Shown here in pieces: positions 61,134 to 64,000 of a stretch of DNA of 64,000 bases. How positions within the stretch are numbered: position 1 is the stretch's first letter; the number at the start of each line of letters is the position of its first letter. The stretch is taken from assembly GCA_965197645.1 (NCBI GenBank), contig OZ240219.1, positions 1,184,001-1,248,000 on the forward strand, in the 5' to 3' direction. Both the position numbers and the translations under genes were made by a program. The notes beneath the pieces were generated by a model. That model saw only the letters and a list, made by a program, of their open reading frames with translations, was not told the origin of the DNA and searched no databases. This DNA is from Dehalococcoidia bacterium (GTDB lineage Bacteria; Chloroflexota; Dehalococcoidia; Plut-88900).

Positions 61134-61207
61134 TGGCTGCCGAGCCAGGATTCGAACCTGGGCTATGGGATTCAAAGTCCCGTGTGCTACCACTACACCA
61201 CTCGGCA
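61134..61207 (-). tRNA. tRNA-Gln(TTG)
   Basis: Reverse complement TGCCGAG..anticodon loop CT-TTG-AA..GGTTCGAATCC..CTCGGCA-G-CCA. Confidence 0.95.
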
Positions 61208-61423
61208 CCAGTCTACACTACTAACGCCTTCCACCTCTCAAGTCAAGCCCTGCCGGTCGGGCGACCTCCTCGTATGGGGCGGTTCTCGTTATATCGGAAC
61301 CTGCTGCCTGCCAGGGTGGTACATGTTTGACACCACAGGGAGACCCTCGGCCGGAGTCCATTGACGCCTATCGCGCCCGATGCTAGGATTGTGCCCGCTC
61401 TACCGAGTCCAACGGAGATGTCC

Positions 61424-62629
61424 ATGCTTCCCCAAGCTCTGGAAGGGATCAGGGTACTAGACCTGACCCAGGGCGTTTCAGGTCCTTACTGCACCAAGCT
61501 GCTCGGCTGCTTTGGTGCCGAGGTGATAAAGATAGAAGACCCTTCCCAGGGAGACAGCTCCCGGAGGATGGGCCCCTTTTTTCAGCACCTGCCGGACCAG
61601 GAGACCAGCGCCACCTATCTCTATCTGAATACCAACAAGAAGAGCGTTACTCTCAACCTGAACACCCATTCCGGCGTGGAGACGCTGAAGAAGCTGCTCC
61701 CAGAAATCGACGTGGTGGTGGAGAACTCCCAGCCGGGCATCGTGGCTTCTATGGGGCTCGGATACCCCGTCATCCAGGCCATCAATCCATCGATTGTGAT
61801 GGCTTCCGTCACCTACTTCGGGCAGGACGGGCCGTATAGGGACTACAAAGGCAACTCGATGATCGGGTTTGCCGTTACCGGTCAGATGCACCAGACCGGC
61901 GAGCCGGACCGGGAGCCACTCAAAAGCGCGGGTTTCCAGCCCGAATACACCGCCGGCCTGCACGCCTACGATGCCATTCTGGCCGCCCTCTACTGGCGGG
62001 AGACCAGCGGCAAGGGCCAGTACATCGATGTGTCCGCCATGGAGGCCATGTCCTACTACCACGAGTTCTCCATTGTTACCTGGACCCACGTTCAGACCGA
62101 AAGCATCAGGGCCGGCAACAGGTATCCGGTCGGTGGGCACCCCCTCAATCTAATCCCCTGCAAAGACGGCTACGTATCCATGTCCTGTGTGACGCCGAGA
62201 CAGTCCGACAACCTGTTCGTCCTCATCGGAATGCCGGACCTGGCGGAAGACCCAAAATTCGCCACCGCCCCCGACCGCTGGGACAACTACCGGGAGTTCG
62301 ACGAGCTGATTGAGCCGTGGTTCATGGACCACGACATGGATGAGATAGTCGAGCTGGCACAGGAGCTGCGGATCCCCTGCACCTACGTGCCCACCTTCGG
62401 CAAGCTCCAAGACGATGTCCAACTCAGTGCTCGTGACTACTGGGTGGCCATCGAGCACCCGGCGGTCGGTACCTTACCCTATGCCGGCGCCCCCTTCAAA
62501 ATGTCCCAAACCCCCTGGCGGGCCACGAGGGCTCCGCTTCTGGGCGAGCACAACGAAGAGGTCTACGAGGGGTACCTGGGCCTGAGCCGCGAGGAGATGG
62601 TCCGGCTGAGGGAGAGAAATGTCATCTAG
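61424..62629 (+). CDS. CaiB/BaiF CoA-transferase (Glu at the catalytic Asp position)
   Basis: ALEGIRVLDLT..SGPYCTKLL..FGAEVIKIE, NTNKKS, APLLGEHN. Confidence 0.93.
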   Translation: MLPQALEGIRVLDLTQGVSGPYCTKLLGCFGAEVIKIEDPSQGDSSRRMGPFFQHLPDQETSATYLYLNTNKKSVTLNLNTHSGVETLKKLLPEIDVVVENSQPGIVASMGLGYPVIQAINPSIVMASVTYFGQDGPYRDYKGNSMIGFAVTGQMHQTGEPDREPLKSAGFQPEYTAGLHAYDAILAALYWRETSGKGQYIDVSAMEAMSYYHEFSIVTWTHVQTESIRAGNRYPVGGHPLNLIPCKDGYVSMSCVTPRQSDNLFVLIGMPDLAEDPKFATAPDRWDNYREFDELIEPWFMDHDMDEIVELAQELRIPCTYVPTFGKLQDDVQLSARDYWVAIEHPAVGTLPYAGAPFKMSQTPWRATRAPLLGEHNEEVYEGYLGLSREEMVRLRERNVI

Positions 62630-63917
62630 TAACGGACAGAGCGCCCCCCTGGCCCTCGATGGTCTCAGGGTGCTGGACCTGACCAAGGGTTGGTCTGGTC
62701 CAATAGGCGCCCGGCTGCTGGCCGACCTCGGCGCCGAGGTCATCAAGGTCGAGGCCCTGAGCGAACGAGGACGCTTGCTGGGGGGAGATCCTCCGGACCC
62801 CAACGACTATGCCAAGATCTGCCACGCCGTCTATCCCGGCAACGATCCTAGAAGGGAGCCCTACAACACTTACGGAGTCTTCAACGAGTATCACCGCAAC
62901 AAGCTGAGTCTGACCATGGACCTCACCAACGAGCGGTGCAACGAATACTTTCGAAGCCTGATCCCCATATCGGACGTTGTAATGGAAAACTACAGCACCA
63001 GGGTGATGGAGAACTTCGGGTTGGACTATTCATCCCTCAGGAGGCTGAACCCGACCCTGGTGTACATCTCCATGCCCGGGTTCGGCACGACCGGGCCTCA
63101 CAAGCACCACATCAGCTATGGCACCAACATAGAACCGACAGCCGGGCACTCCAATCTCATCGGGTATCCGGGCCCCGTGCCCTACAAGTCCGGAGAGGCC
63201 TATCCGGACCCCAACGCCGGCCTACACTCCGTGGCCGCTATCCTCACGGCCCTCTTCTACAGGCGAAGGACCGGTGAGGGCCAGTTCATAGACCTGTCGC
63301 AGAACGAGGCCGCGGTGGGACTGATCGGAGAGGAGCTGCTGGCTTACAGCATGAATAAAGAGGACCCGGTGCGGATGGGCAATCGCCACCCCTATCATGC
63401 TCCCCACAACGCCTACCGGTGCAAGGGCGACGACCGGTGGATCGCCATCGCCGTCACCAATGAAGAGCAGTGGCTAGCCCTGTGCGATGTGATGGGCAAC
63501 CCGGAATGGTGTCAGGATGAGCGGTTTGGGGACCAGTTCAATCGCTGGCGCAACCAAGAGGAGCTGGACGCCAATATCTCGGCATGGACGTCCGACAAAG
63601 ACTACAAAGAGCTGATGCACACGCTCCAGAAGGCCGGGGTGCCCGCCGGCGCCGTGTTCACCAACCGGGACGTCGCGGAAGATCCCCATTTGAAGGAGCG
63701 GGGTTACATCTGGGACGTTTCCCATCCCAGGACCGGGCCCCAACAGTTCCTGGGCGTCCCGGTGCGCCTGTCCGAGACCCCCGGAGCCCTGAGGATGCCC
63801 GCTCCTATGATGGGTCAGCACAACCGTTACCTGTTGGAGGACCTGTTAGGCGCCGGCCCTGACGAGGTCGCCCGCCTGGAGGCCCAAGGGGCCATGGGCA
63901 CCCAACCTCCGGAATAG
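62619..63917 (+). CDS. CaiB/BaiF CoA-transferase
   Basis: ALDGLRVLDLT..WSGP..LADLGAEVIKVE, AYPDPNAG, APMMGQHN; overlaps the upstream paralog. Confidence 0.93.
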   Translation: MSSSNGQSAPLALDGLRVLDLTKGWSGPIGARLLADLGAEVIKVEALSERGRLLGGDPPDPNDYAKICHAVYPGNDPRREPYNTYGVFNEYHRNKLSLTMDLTNERCNEYFRSLIPISDVVMENYSTRVMENFGLDYSSLRRLNPTLVYISMPGFGTTGPHKHHISYGTNIEPTAGHSNLIGYPGPVPYKSGEAYPDPNAGLHSVAAILTALFYRRRTGEGQFIDLSQNEAAVGLIGEELLAYSMNKEDPVRMGNRHPYHAPHNAYRCKGDDRWIAIAVTNEEQWLALCDVMGNPEWCQDERFGDQFNRWRNQEELDANISAWTSDKDYKELMHTLQKAGVPAGAVFTNRDVAEDPHLKERGYIWDVSHPRTGPQQFLGVPVRLSETPGALRMPAPMMGQHNRYLLEDLLGAGPDEVARLEAQGAMGTQPPE

Positions 63918-64000
63918 CTCTTCAGCATTGTCTGCGGCTCCCGGCGTAGGGGTCACTAGCTCGGAGCGAGCAAAGCGTCGTTTCTTCCTTCGTCATGCCG

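Noticed and set aside
55100-61207. Genomic island integrated at tRNA-Gln
   Set aside because: The antiporter region looks somewhat lower in GC, but I found no integrase and no duplicated tRNA 3' end.

Overview
GC-rich bacterial chromosomal window. Its gene content suggests Chloroflexota/Dehalococcoidia of the SAR202 type (inference): F420 precursor genes cofG/cofH, seven CaiB/BaiF CoA-transferases, an LLM oxidoreductase, amidohydrolases and many lipoproteins. It holds about 55 CDS, tRNA-Ser(GCT), tRNA-Gln(TTG), a CIRCE box, a TetR-type palindrome, a Panacea-type toxin-antitoxin pair, and a dense family of modular intergenic palindromic repeats that includes a 3 x ~261-bp tandem array. The best find is missing from the ORF track: a ferredoxin:thioredoxin reductase catalytic-subunit gene at 19150->18713. 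It has two in-frame UGA codons exactly at the two redox-active Cys positions (CPU...CPC...CIU). Each UGA is followed, 13 nt later, by a GCGA...TCGC hairpin, which makes it a candidate double-selenocysteine (diselenide) FTR. Next to it lies a non-cellulosomal cohesin lipoprotein / dockerin-tagged metallopeptidase / M28 aminopeptidase cluster, beside a peptide ABC transporter whose permease carries a large inserted beta-propeller. All calls come from reading the sequence by eye; no searches were run.
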